Origin: Veleropilina oligotropha | Lineage: Eukaryota | Length of the DNA: 64,000 nt | Direction of reading: 5' to 3' | Assembly (NCBI GenBank): GCA_048128005.1 | Contig: JBEUKZ010000047.1 | Coordinates: forward strand, 434,001-498,000 | In this document: piece by piece, positions 1-11,900 of the stretch | How positions within the stretch are numbered: position 1 is the first letter of the stretch | Layout of the letters: each line of letters opens with the position of its first letter | Notes under the pieces: generated by a model | What the model saw: only the letters and a program-made list of their open reading frames with translations | Database searches by the model: none | Told to the model about the DNA's origin: nothing | Program-made: the position numbers and the translations under genes

Positions 1-842
1 GTCACGGAACCTAAACAGATCTATGGTCGATGCTTATGAAAGTCTCTTGGCCAATGAAGATGTAGAACATTTACGCCATATTATACCACTGGTGACCATA
101 ATGCTCACGATATCTCCCAGTACAGCCGAGTGCGAACGTGGGTTTAGTCAGTTAAACCAAATAAAAACAACACTCCGAACGTCTTTGAATCAAGATACGT
201 TGTGCGCTCTTCAGAGAATCCGAGTAGATGGGCCTACCATGAAAGATTACAACCCAACACAAAGCATCGTGGAGTGGTTGAACTCTGGAAAGGGATCCAG
301 ACACACTAAAGGGCATACATGTTCTGGTCCAAGAGAGAAACGGTTACATCCAGCTGCAGCCTCAAGTGATTCAGATTCTGAATAGAGCAAGCACACGATT
401 CTCCAGGACTGTTTTTGTCTATTGGCTCAGCTGCTCTTTTATGATTATGATCAATTGTTTATTAAATCATCTTCTCCAATCATATGTTTAATTCTTAATC
501 TATGATAATGATAGATTCTACCATTGGTCCATATTATAAATTATGTGCATATATTTATATTAACATTAACACAAAGACATGCAAAATATGTAGAGCGAGA
601 CGACCCTCATGCTGCTCGTATACTTTATTGAGGAATAACACATACATTTCCTATCTATAAAGACACGCCATGCAAACAGTACATGTTAGTATAATATTAC
701 AAGTATTATATTATATTCACTATATTACTGTTAATTTTGGTTACAAAATGCAGGACGAGTGACATTTGGAACAGGACGAGTAGAATTTCCTTGGTACTCG
801 TCCTACAGGACGAGTGAACATTAAAGTAATTTTCGTCCCCTG
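1..842 (+). mobile_element. Right part of hAT DNA transposon (duplicate of 38470-39311)
   Basis: hAT dimerisation motif SPSTAECERGFS in ORF 23-385; GGACGAGT subterminal repeats; ends AATTTTCGTCCCCTG at 842 followed by TAGGG; matches the complete copy at offset 38469. Confidence 0.9.
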
Positions 843-2212
843 TAGGGTATATATCACGTTGCTGATTTTAACCTGCTGTTGCCTATTTAGTAGGAACGCA
901 GCAACCCATTTCACCAAAAAATCGGGGGCCCCTTTTGCTTTTAGTTTCTTCAACACAATGTTATGGTTGACTAAGTCAAATGCCTTCGAAAAATCACATA
1001 ACAGGATTCTGGCTACTGTACCGGCGGTATCTGTTGTCCTATATAGGTAATCCATCATGTCTATAAGGGCATGGGTAGTAGATGACCCCTTTAGACCACC
1101 ATATTGTCTTGAGTCTGTATCGAGAGATGTATCGTCAATCCACTGACACACGAAGCTTTCTAACACTTTGCTAACAATAGGTGTGAGCGAAATTGGTTGT
1201 AAATCGGTCTTTATTGACTTTGGTGGATTTACCTTTGGTAAGGGCACAGTGAATGCCGATCTCCATAGCTGGGGGACAAAGCCTTCTCTGATACTAGCAT
1301 TAAATATCGAGCAGATTGGACCAGATATATATGGCGCAAAATCTCTTAGTACCCATGCAGGTATCTCATCTGGACCGGTAGCCTTATTCACACGTAGTTT
1401 GGAGAGCCGTGTTTCTACCTCGTGTTGTGAGATGGTGAATTCAGAAGACACGATGTCATTAGGGTCGAAATGCGGACTATTGGGTTGTAGTGGTGTTAGA
1501 CAAGACCCAACAGATTGAAAGAATGTATTGATGGTTGTTGCCAACTCTTCCATACTGCCGTCGCATTCGTTGTTAGCGAGTAGTTGAAGTGGGGTGTTGC
1601 TCACACATCCCGTGCCCATCAATCCTTTCATATTTCTCCACCAGTCTCTTGGATTTCCGTGTTTTAAATTCGCAACTTTCCTTTGATAAAATTTCTTACG
1701 GAGATTCAAGTTTTCTCGATTAACCTTGTTGCGTAACTTATTATACAAAGTGACATTTCCTGAAGCATATGCTTGTTGACGTTTTCGGATTAGAAATTTG
1801 AAGTCTGGAGTAATCCATGGTTTATCTCGTTCGTGCAATGTTACACTTTTTGTTGGAAAATGCTTGTTATATAAAAGGATCATCTGGTCCTGAAAGCCGT
1901 CAAACATTTCTTGACATGATGACATCTTATAAATCGAAGTCCAGTTTGTTAACTTTAATTCATGGGCAAACATGACCTTTTCATTTTGGCCTAAAACCCG
2001 TTTGGTTGAAGTTACTTTTTCACCAACGTTGTACGAAACTGATGGTTTGGGACGACACACTATAGCATTATGGTCAGAAGATCCAACTGCGGAAACGACA
2101 GTTGCCTCGCTATACAATTCAGGCATACTGACAAAAAGTTTATCCAAAATGGCACTTTTTCTTGTTGGTTTATTAATAAGCTGCTTCACTGGCTTGATTC
2201 CGCTAATGCGAA

Positions 2213-2402
2213 CAGTAGTGGGTTCAATACCTGGCTGAGGCATTGAAATTTGTTCAAGTTATGAATCACAGTTGTCCGTGACTGGCCGGAGAGGGCGGGT
2301 TTACCCGGGCGACTGGGGTTTCCTCCCGCGATAACACGGACATGTCCTGCCTTGAACCTCGATGTTGTAAATATACAGGAAATTAAGCATCATTCCTCCC
2401 TC
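2213..2402 (+). mobile_element. SINE-like insertion (B-box-like head, CCT-type tail)
   Basis: TSD ATGCGAA at 2206-2212 and 2403-2409; GGTTCAATACC B-box-like motif; shares body with 2730-2856. Confidence 0.75.
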
Positions 2403-2729
2403 ATGCGAAGTAATGAACGGATGGTATTGTCCTTCAGCTGATTAAAGTCGCCTGTTAGCATTATGCCTGCATATGGATGTTTTTGTCGTATGGAATCAAC
2501 GCACCGGAGTATGTGATCCACTAACGGTCGGTCATTGTTGTTATGAGGGTGATATACTACACCTAAAATAACGTGACTGCATAATCTAGGCATCTTAGTA
2601 GATTTTAATGTTACCCAAATTGTCTCAAAATCATCCTCGTAAAGGTGTGACCACTCTCTGTATGCTAGGAGTTTCTTTATATATACCAACACACCTCCGC
2701 CTTTTTTGTGAGGTCTATCGTTTCTACAC

Positions 2730-2856
2730 GTGACTGGCCGAAGAGGGCGGGTTTACCCGGCGACCGGGGTTTCCTCCCGCGATAACACGGACATGTCCTG
2801 CCTTGAACCTCGATGTTATAAATATACGGGACATTAAGCATAATTCCTCCTCCTCC
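2730..2856 (+). mobile_element. 5'-truncated copy of the same SINE
   Basis: TSD TCGTTTCTACAC at 2718-2729 and 2857-2868; (CCT)n tail. Confidence 0.8.
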
Positions 2857-3793
2857 TCGTTTCTACACATGCCATAACCGTCAATCTGAATCATATTGTC
2901 ACTAATACCACCGTGACACCACGATTCTGTCACACATATGATATCAGTTTGATGCTCTTCGGCAGACACAGTTAAATCATCCACTTTTGACAGACACGAT
3001 CGTAGGTTTGCGCACATAATGGATGGTAAGCAGCAACTAACATCCAACTAACATTGGATGTTAGTTCAATCAAATTGGATTTCATTACAGATCTATTATG
3101 CTTATTGCATTGGGCCGACGTAACTCTAACTGGAATACGTGAGCCATTGCTAAAGTCACGAGACTGTGTATTGCGTGGTTCCCAAATGTTCAGAATGAAA
3201 ATCGATTTACGTACATGTCTCTTTAACTTGCACATTGGCGAATTTTGCAAAGCCTTTAAAAATGTTGAACTGTACTTGGCGACAAACATTATCGCGGCAT
3301 ATAATGTTCAGTGAAGCGGCTGAAGATCTCACCTCTTAATTCCAGTTGAACAAAAGACGCTAATCAGATCACTCTGACAGGTAGTCCTGCTATTGTAAGG
3401 AAAACAATAGAGGTTCACGATTTATGTCCTGGATGACAAACTCAGTTTTGTTTGAAGATTTGATTTGATTTGATTTGATGTTTAACGACCACGCCGACAC
3501 TATTTGGTCATAATCGGGTCGGTCAAGTTGACTATATAATAATTTAATATAAAAAGTTAAAAGTTACGATAGTAAATACCGATGTAATAAGAGTTGTAAA
3601 TAAAACAAAGCAATATATTTACAAATAAAATCAAGTTAAGATAAAAATCAATGTAATTTAGATAAAAACAGCAATAAAATAAAATTTAAAAGCTATGATC
3701 AAATGTTTGCTAAAAACAAGTATAATAATAAAATAGTATAATAATACACAAAATATAGAATTGTCATAAAGGAAATAAAAATAAAAATAAAAA

Positions 3794-6700
3794 TTATAAC
3801 TTATAGAAAATATTTACTTGTTTTAAAAATTCAAATACGGCTTCGAGCTTATTAAGATTAAATAACTCTTGGAGTGAATTTGCCCTAAAATAGCTTTGGC
3901 GTGCGAGATCCAAATCGACACAATCCAATAAAATATGTTTAATTGTTAGGGCAGTTGCACAAGGAATACACTCAGGTGGAGGCTCCCCTTTAAGCAAGTA
4001 GGAGTGAGTGTAGTGAGAATGCCCAATCCGCAGTCTGGCCAAGACCACCTCCTCTCGCCGAGTTGGTCTGTAAGAGGGGCCCCAATCGCCAAGAAGAGGT
4101 TGGACATTCTGCAGTTTATTCCTTGTGCATTCATTCCAAGAGTGCTGCCAAGTAGAATTTATATATTTGTTTATGCTTTGTTTAAAATCTGAGTGTGGTA
4201 GTTTACAATTTAGTATATTATTAAAATGCGAGGCTGCCTTGGCAGCATGGTCAGCCTTCTCGTTGCCTTGGATACCGATATGGCTCGGTATCCAGCAAAA
4301 AACAATGTCATTGTCAGGTAAAAGGTTGTTATATTTTAATAAAATTTCCTGAACAATAACATTTCTATCCATCTCCCTCAGTGCTTGTAAGCTAGAGAGG
4401 GAGTCTGAATAAATAATAAAACGCTGTTTAAGACTTGTAGAGATAAATTTAAGAGCAAGCTCGATTGCTTTAAGTTCTGCAGTATATATAGTCGCGCTGC
4501 CTGGCAGACGGTTTTGAAAACATTGTCTGCCAGTGACAGCGGCTGCTCCTACTAATTCTGCATCTTTTGAACCATCTGTGTATATGCTTGCACGATCCGA
4601 ATATTTCAATTTCAGATCGTGCAATTTTAAGAGATAATCTGTTGTTTCTGTGTCTGATTTTTTTAGTGATGTAAGTTGTAGGTCAATTACCGGTGCTTTT
4701 AGTGTCCATGGTGGAGTAACCGGAATGTGATTTGTTTTAATTTGACCTAAATGTATGCCTGAGTTATCTAGTGCAGGTTTGATGCGGATGCCGAATGGTG
4801 CAATTTTGTTTGGTTTTGCCTGAAATAAGTTTTCGTAATTTGGTGCAAATACAGTTTCGAAAGCTGGGTTAGATGGATTTGATTTTAATTTAATTGCGTA
4901 TTGCAGTGACAATTTTTCACGTCTGTGTGTGAGAGATGGCTCATTGGCTTCGACATAGAGGCTTTCCATGGGTGATGTACGGAAAGCCCCCAGTGCAAGT
5001 CGAAGCCCTTGGTTATGGATTGGATCAAGCATTTTAAGGTATGAATGGCGAGCAGAGCCATATACAATGCTCCCATAATCAAGTTTAGATCTAATTAAAG
5101 ATCTATATAATCTAAGTAAAACTTTTTTATCGGCACCCCATTCAGTATTAGAAACTACTTTCATTAAATTTAAAGCTTTTTTACATTTAGCTTTAATGTA
5201 TTTTAAATGCGGTATGAAAGACAGTTTTCGGTCAAATACAAGGCCTAAAAATTTAAATTGATCTACCACTGGAATCTCAAAGTCATCCAGCTTCAACACA
5301 GGGTCGTCATGTATTTCACGACGCTGGCAGAAGTGCATGCATTTAGTTTTGTCCTTTGAGAATTTAAATCCATTCTCATCGGACCATATCTGTAATTTAT
5401 TTAGGCCATGTTGTAACTGGCGTTCTATACTGTTCATATTTGTTGAACGATAGCAAATGCCAAAATCGTCAACAAATAATGAACAGTCAGTGCCAGTACT
5501 AATACATTTGACGATACTGTTTATTTTAATACTGAATAGGGTGACTGATAAAATACTTCCTTGAGGGACACCCATCTCCTGGTCGTGGATATCGGAGAGG
5601 GTGTCACCCACCTTGACTTGAAAATTTCTATCCTCAAGGAATTTCGAAATAAAATTGGGCAAGTGGCCCTTTAAACCAAAATCAAACAAATCATTCATAA
5701 TCCCGTACTTCCAAGTAGTGTCGTAGGCCTTCTCTAGATCGAAAAAAACAGCAACTAAATGTTGTCTGTTTAGGAAGGCCTCACGAACAAAAGTTTCCAG
5801 ACGTACCAAGTGATCTGTGGTGCTCCGGTTGCGCCGGAACCCACATTGATATTCTGTAAGTAAATTATTTGATTCTAAGTACCAAACTAATCTCTCGTTT
5901 ATCATCCTTTCCATGGTTTTACAAATACAACTCGTCAGGGCTATGGGTCGATAACTGTTGGGATGTGATGTATCTTTTCCCGCCTTTGCAATTGGGATAA
6001 TTGTAGCTTCCCTCCACGAGGGAGGGAATGTTCCAGTTTCCCAGATAGTATTGAATATTGCAAGTAGAGTTGTAAGTGATGTTGCAGGTAAGTGCTTAAG
6101 TAATTGATAGTGAATGTCATCAGGGCCAACTGTTGTGTCATGTGCCTTGTTTAGTGAATCTGTGAGTTCCTTGTGTGAAAATGGCTGATTGTATGACTCT
6201 GTATTGTTGGATCTAAAATTGAGCCTTGTTTTTTCTTTTTGATGCTTAAAACGGCTGAATTTTGGAGTGCAGTTGTCGGATGATGAATTGGCAGAAAATG
6301 TGTCTGCCAAGGTGTTTGCGATGTCTTTAGCCGTGTTGGCTTCTGAATTGGTTGTTTTAAGGTGCTTGATGCAGTTGGGTGTATGCTTGCCGCTGATTTT
6401 ACGGATCATATCCCATGTTTTTTTAATAGTGGAACGAGAGTTTAGTTTGGTAACGTAGGAATGCCAGGATTCCCTTTTGCTGTGCTTGATGGTACGTCTG
6501 GCTTGTGCTCTTAATAGCCTAAAGCTATTAAGATTTTGTAGTGTTGGGTACTGTTTAAATGTTGAAATTGCATGTATGCGTGCTTTGATTGCTTGTCTGC
6601 AGTCTTCATTAAACCAAGGTTTACTTTTGTGTTTTGCATTTGGGCAGGTCTTTGGAATTGAGAGTGTTGCAATGTCATGTAATGTCGTAGAGAAACTTGA

Positions 6701-7477
6701 TATTGGGTCATCGCCAGTAGCGAAGTTGTTTGAATGTAATTGGTCTTCGCAAAGGGATTGGAATCTTGGCCAATCAGCTTTGTAAAGTTTCCACCTTTCA
6801 GTGTATGTTTGTGCTTGGTTAATTGTGCTTTCCAGGAAAATTGGAAAGTGGTCGCTTCCGCGGAGGTCCTCACCAACTTTCCAAGTAAAGTCCAGGAAAG
6901 CAGATGGGTCGCACATGGTAAGGTCAATGGTGGTAAGTGAGCCTGTAGGTGGATGCATGTATGTTGGCGATTTGGTAGTATTAAATAAACACAGATTGTG
7001 TTTCCCAATAAAGTCCTCTATTTGATGTCCCCGTTTATCTGTATCAGTACCGCCCCAATCCGTACTGTGGGCGTTAAAATCGCCACACAATATAAATGGG
7101 GTCGGTAGCTGATTGATGAGATTGTCAAGGTCAGTAGGTCGTAAGTTTGTACTAGGTGGTAAGTATACCGAGCAGATAGTTATTACTCGGTGAGTCGATA
7201 TTTTCACTGCTACTGCCTGTAAGTTTGTGTTTAAGTTGACCTGACTGTGTGGTGTTCTGTTGTTGACAATGATTGAAACCCCCCCTGTTGCTTTGTCACC
7301 AGTGGTGACAATGTGATTGTATAGTGAGTGGTCTTTGATATGTATGTTGTCTGTGAGTTTCATGAAGGTTTCATTAAGACATAATGCTGTTGGTTTGTGT
7401 TCTTGAATTAATAGACTGATCTCATCAATATTAGGTTTAATGCCTCTACAATTCCATTGTATTATTGTGCCTGACAT
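3794..7477 (-). CDS. Element A ORF2: AP endonuclease, reverse transcriptase, RNase H, C-terminal CCHC
   Basis: Intact 1227 aa; QWNCRG, GDFNAH, SDHFP, YRPIAL, FFDLEKAYD, PQGSILS, FVDD, YTDGSK, WIPSHIGIQGNEKAD, CIPC...HILLDC. Confidence 0.97.
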   Translation of the reverse strand: MSGTIIQWNCRGIKPNIDEISLLIQEHKPTALCLNETFMKLTDNIHIKDHSLYNHIVTTGDKATGGVSIIVNNRTPHSQVNLNTNLQAVAVKISTHRVITICSVYLPPSTNLRPTDLDNLINQLPTPFILCGDFNAHSTDWGGTDTDKRGHQIEDFIGKHNLCLFNTTKSPTYMHPPTGSLTTIDLTMCDPSAFLDFTWKVGEDLRGSDHFPIFLESTINQAQTYTERWKLYKADWPRFQSLCEDQLHSNNFATGDDPISSFSTTLHDIATLSIPKTCPNAKHKSKPWFNEDCRQAIKARIHAISTFKQYPTLQNLNSFRLLRAQARRTIKHSKRESWHSYVTKLNSRSTIKKTWDMIRKISGKHTPNCIKHLKTTNSEANTAKDIANTLADTFSANSSSDNCTPKFSRFKHQKEKTRLNFRSNNTESYNQPFSHKELTDSLNKAHDTTVGPDDIHYQLLKHLPATSLTTLLAIFNTIWETGTFPPSWREATIIPIAKAGKDTSHPNSYRPIALTSCICKTMERMINERLVWYLESNNLLTEYQCGFRRNRSTTDHLVRLETFVREAFLNRQHLVAVFFDLEKAYDTTWKYGIMNDLFDFGLKGHLPNFISKFLEDRNFQVKVGDTLSDIHDQEMGVPQGSILSVTLFSIKINSIVKCISTGTDCSLFVDDFGICYRSTNMNSIERQLQHGLNKLQIWSDENGFKFSKDKTKCMHFCQRREIHDDPVLKLDDFEIPVVDQFKFLGLVFDRKLSFIPHLKYIKAKCKKALNLMKVVSNTEWGADKKVLLRLYRSLIRSKLDYGSIVYGSARHSYLKMLDPIHNQGLRLALGAFRTSPMESLYVEANEPSLTHRREKLSLQYAIKLKSNPSNPAFETVFAPNYENLFQAKPNKIAPFGIRIKPALDNSGIHLGQIKTNHIPVTPPWTLKAPVIDLQLTSLKKSDTETTDYLLKLHDLKLKYSDRASIYTDGSKDAELVGAAAVTGRQCFQNRLPGSATIYTAELKAIELALKFISTSLKQRFIIYSDSLSSLQALREMDRNVIVQEILLKYNNLLPDNDIVFCWIPSHIGIQGNEKADHAAKAASHFNNILNCKLPHSDFKQSINKYINSTWQHSWNECTRNKLQNVQPLLGDWGPSYRPTRREEVVLARLRIGHSHYTHSYLLKGEPPPECIPCATALTIKHILLDCVDLDLARQSYFRANSLQELFNLNKLEAVFEFLKQVNIFYKL

Positions 7478-7535
7478 GTTGGTTTAATGGTGTGTGTATT
7501 AAGTTATTTGTTTGTAGTGTTATGTTAAAATTTGC

Positions 7536-8593
7536 CTATTTATTCGGTGGAAGTACGGGCTTGATGGGAGGTTTTGGCTTGTGCGGGCGATCCAATGGCT
7601 GATCGCTTTCCATTGGATCGTTGGCTGGAGGAAGCGGCCCAGGTGTTTCGGGGCTCTCCTCCGTCTGCCGGTGTAATTTGTCTGCTGCCGCCTTCCCACC
7701 CTTCATGGCAGCAGCAACAATTTCGGACGCGAGGTCCTCGATAATCGTGTCGGTATTATCAATTTGGTCATCTGATGGTTCGTTAGTATCCATCAGGTGA
7801 CCAAAGCGATTATGCAGCTTAATAGGGTCCTCGGACCCTTTGGGCTGTCGGTCTGTCTTTATTGTTTGGTTTTTAATGGCTGCTGCCTTGCGAACAGCAG
7901 CAGCCTCTTTTTTAGAGTTATGAGTAGTAGGTTTGATTGATGTTTGTGTTGATTCTGATGATGATGATGCTAACTTGTTTCGAGATGGTACAGTACTGAA
8001 GAATGGTTTGCCAGATGGCCAGGTAATATCAGTTTGCGTCGAAGAGGATCGAGTGATCGGCTTTTGCTCCGGTGCTGCAGCAATTGCAGCATAGGATCTG
8101 CCCGAAGTAGTGCGGGATTCCACCAGTTTCCTGGCATCCGGGAAAGAGATCCGGTCGATGGTCTTGACCCTCTGGATCTCTTTCTCGTGCTTCCACTTCG
8201 GACAGTCCTTAGAGTAAGCGCAGTGCTTACCCTTGCAATTGGTGCACAGAGGCTGTTGGGAGCAAGAGTCAGAGTCATGACCCTCTTCGCTACAACGAGC
8301 ACATGCGGGATTTCTTCTGCATCGGTCTTTGTGATGCCCAAATGCCTGGCATTTGAAGCATCTCAAGGGATTTGGAATGTATGGTTCTACAGGGATGTTG
8401 ATGTAACCAGCTTTAACATATTTCGGAAGCACTGGAAGGCGGAAGTCCAAGATGATGGTGTTGATGGGGACTTTCTTCCCATCCTTGAACATTGTCAGGC
8501 GTGTAACCTTGATTACACCCTGACTAGCCATGCCTTCCAGCAGTTCAGGTTCACTGCATCCCTGCAGGTCCCTGGATCTAATAACTCCCTTGG
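7536..8593 (-). pseudogene. Element A ORF1 (gag-like, three zinc knuckles), 3' part; split by element B
   Basis: CFKCQAFGHHKDRC, CARCSEEGHDSDSC, CTNCKGKH...C; the N-terminus in the ORF track is read-through from B's 3' tail. Confidence 0.92.
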
Positions 8594-8911
8594 TTTGATT
8601 TGATTTGATGTTTAACGACCACGCCGACACTATAATGGTCATAATCGGGTCGGTCAAGTTAATTATACAATAGTTTAATATAAAATGTTAAAAGTTGAGA
8701 TATATATTTACTTATAAAATATCAATGCAATAAAACATATGTGATAAATAATAAAAACAAATCAATATATTTACAAGTAAAATAAACTATGCAAATTTAG
8801 ATAAAAATAAGATCAAATGTTTGCTAAAAACGAGTATAATAAAAAGTATAATAATAAAATAAAATAAATATATATAGAATTTAGTCAAAGGAAATAAAAG
8901 TATAAATAAAA

Positions 8912-11900
8912 TTATAACTTATGGAAAATATTTACCTGTTTTAAAAATTCAAATACGGCTTCGAGCTTATTAAGATTAAATAACTCTTGGAGTGAATTTG
9001 CCCTAAAATACCCTTGGCGTGCGAGATCCAAATCGACACAATCCAATAATATATGTTTAATTGTTAGGGCAGTTGCACAAGGAATACACTCGGGTGGAGG
9101 CTCCCCTTTAAGCAAGTAGGAGTGAGTGTAGTGAGAATGCCCAATTCTCAGTCTGGCCAAGACGACCTCCTCTCGCCGAGATGGCCTGCAAGAGGGTCCC
9201 CAGTCACCAAGAAGAGGTTGGACATTCTGCAGTTTATTCCTTGTGCATTCACTCCAAGAGTGCTGCCAAGTAGAATTTATATATTTGTTTATGCTTTGTT
9301 TAAAATCTGAGTGTGGTAGTTTACAATTTAGTATATTGTTAAAATTTGAGGCTGCCTTGGCAGCTTGGTCAGCCTTCTCATTGCCTTGGATACCGATATG
9401 GCTCGGTATCCAGCATAAAACAATGTCATTGTCAGGTAAAAGGTTGTTATAGTTTAATAAAATTTCCTGAACAATAACATTTCTATTCATCTCCCTCAGT
9501 GCTTGTAAGCTAGAGAGGGAGTCTGAATAGATAATAAAACGCCGTTTAGTACTTGTAGAGATAAAATTAAGAGCAAGCTCGATTGCTTTTAGTTCTGCAG
9601 TATATATAGTCGCGCTGCCTGGCAGACGGTTTTGAAAACATTGTCTGCCAGTGACAGCGGCTGCTCCTACCAATTCTGCATCTTTTGAACCATCTGTGTA
9701 TATGCTTGCACGATCTGAATATTTTAATTTCAGATCGTGCACTTTTATGAGATAATCTGATGTGTCTGTGTTTGATTTTTTGAGTGATGTAAGTTGTAGA
9801 TCAATTACCGGTACTTTTAGTGTCCATGGTGGAGTATCCGGAATGTGAATTGTTTTAATTTGACCTACATGTATGCCTGCGTTTTCTAGTGCTGGTTTTA
9901 TGCGGATGCCAAACGGTGCAATTTTGTTTGGTTTTGCCTGAAATAGATTTTCGTAATTTGGTGTATAGACAGTTTCGAAAGCTGGGTTAGATGGATTTGA
10001 TTTTAATTTTATTGCATATTGTAGTGATAGTTTTTCACGTCTGAGTGTAAGAGATGGTTCATTGGCTTCGACATAGAGGCTTTCCATGGGTGATGTGCGA
10101 AAAGCCCCTAATGCAAGTCGAAGCCCTTGATTATGGATTGGATCAAGCATTTTAAGATATGAATGGCGAGCAGAGCCATATACTATGCTCCCATAATCGA
10201 GTTTTGATCTAATTAATGATCTATATAGTCGTAATAAAACTGTTTTATCAGCACCCCATTCAGTATTAGAAACTACTTTCATTATATTTAAAGCCTTTTT
10301 ACATTTGGCTTTGATGTATTTTAAATGAGGTATGAAAGACAGTTTTCGGTCAAATATAAGGCCTAAAAATTTAAATTGATCTACCACTGGAATCTCAAAG
10401 TCATCCAGCTTTAACACAGGGTCGTCATGTATTTCACGACGCTGGCAGAAGTGCATGCATTTAGTTTTGTCCTTTGAGAATTTAAATCCGTTCTCATCGG
10501 ACCATATCTGTAATTTATTTAGGCCATGTTGTAGCTGGCGTTCTATACTGTTCATATTTGTTGAACGATAGCAAATGCCAAAATCGTCAACAAATAAAGA
10601 ACAGTCAGTGCCAGCACTAATACATTTGACGATACTGTTTATTTTAATACTGAATAGGGTGACTGATAAAATGCTTCCTTGAGGGACACCCATCTCCTGG
10701 TCGTGGATATCGGAGAGGGTGTCACCCACCTTAACGTTAAAATTTCTATCCTCAAGGAATTTCGAAATAAAATTGGGCAAGTGGCCCTTTAAACCAAAAT
10801 CAAACAAATCCTTCATAATGCCGTACTTCCAAGTAGTGTCGTAGGCCTTCTCTAGATCGAAAAAAACAGCAACTAAATGTTGTCTGTTTAGGAAGGCCTC
10901 ACGAACAAAAGTTTCCAGACGTACCAAGTGATCTGTGGTGCTCCGGTTGCGCCGGAACCCACTTTGATATTCTGTAAGTAAATTATTTGATTCAAGATAC
11001 CAAACTAATCTCTCGTTTATCATCCGTTCCATGGTTTTGCAAATACAACTCGTCAGGGCTATGGGTCGATAACTGTTAGGATTTGATGTATCTTTTCCCG
11101 CCTTTGCAATTGGGATAACTGTAGCTTCCCTCCACGAGGGAGGGAAGGTTCCAGTTTCCCAGATAGTATTGAATATTGCAAGTAGAGTTGTAAGTGATGT
11201 TCCAGGTAAGTGCTTAAGTAATTGATAGTGAATGTCATCAGGGCCAACTGATGTGTCATGTGCCTTGTTTAGTGAATCTGCGAGTTCCTTTTGTGAAAAT
11301 GGCTGATTGTATGACTCTGTGTTGTTGGATCTAAAATTGAGCCTTGTTTTTTCTTTTTGATGCTTAAAACGGCTGAATTTTGGAGTGCAGTTGTCGGATG
11401 ATGAATTGGCAGAAAAGGTATCTGCCAATGTGTTTGCAATGTCTTTAGCTGTGGTTGCTTCTGATGTGTTTGTTTTAAGGTGCTTGATGCAGTTGGGTGT
11501 ATGTTTGCCACTAATTTTACGGATCATATCCCATGTTTTTTTAATAGTGGAACGAGAGTTTAGTTTGGTAACGTAGGAATGCCAGGATTCCCTTTTGCTG
11601 TGCTTGATGGTACGTCTGGCTTGTGCTCTTAATAGCCTAAAGCTATTAAGATTTTGTAGTGTTGGGTGCTGTTTAAATGTTGAAATTGCATGTATGCGTG
11701 CTTTGATTGCTTGTCTGCAGTCTTCATTAAACCAAGGTTTATTTTTGTGTTTGGCATTTGGACAGGTCTTTGGAATTGAGAGTGTTGCAATGTCATGTAG
11801 TGTTGTAGAGAAACTTGATATTGGGTCTTCGCCATGAGTTAATTGATGTGAGTGTAATTGCTCTTCGCAAAGTGATTGGAATTTCTCCCAATCTGCTTTG

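Larger units (their letters stand above)
848..3289 (-). pseudogene. CR1/L2-group LINE endonuclease-RT ORF, interrupted by two SINEs and the hAT element
   Basis: APE motifs (CVTESW, GVVYHP, GDFN, SDH), KPWIT, KATGPD, LCDFSKAFDLVNH; removing each SINE plus one TSD restores the frame (TIRSLLRISGIKPVKQ; GMCRNDRPHKKGGGV). Confidence 0.85.
1..3458. repeat. Segmental duplication copy 1 (continues at 27730-28091); paralog at 38470-42099 plus 54813-55006
   Basis: ORF track repeats at a constant offset of 38469 with a few substitutions (KAKGA vs KANGA; FITS vs FMTS). Confidence 0.95.

Noticed and set aside
7536..8657. ORF-track N-termini of 7536-8657, 12642-13877, 57049-57594 and 57900-59381, and C-termini of 19776-20198, 26644-27351 and 741-2243
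   Set aside because: Chimeric read-through across insertion junctions, not real protein ends
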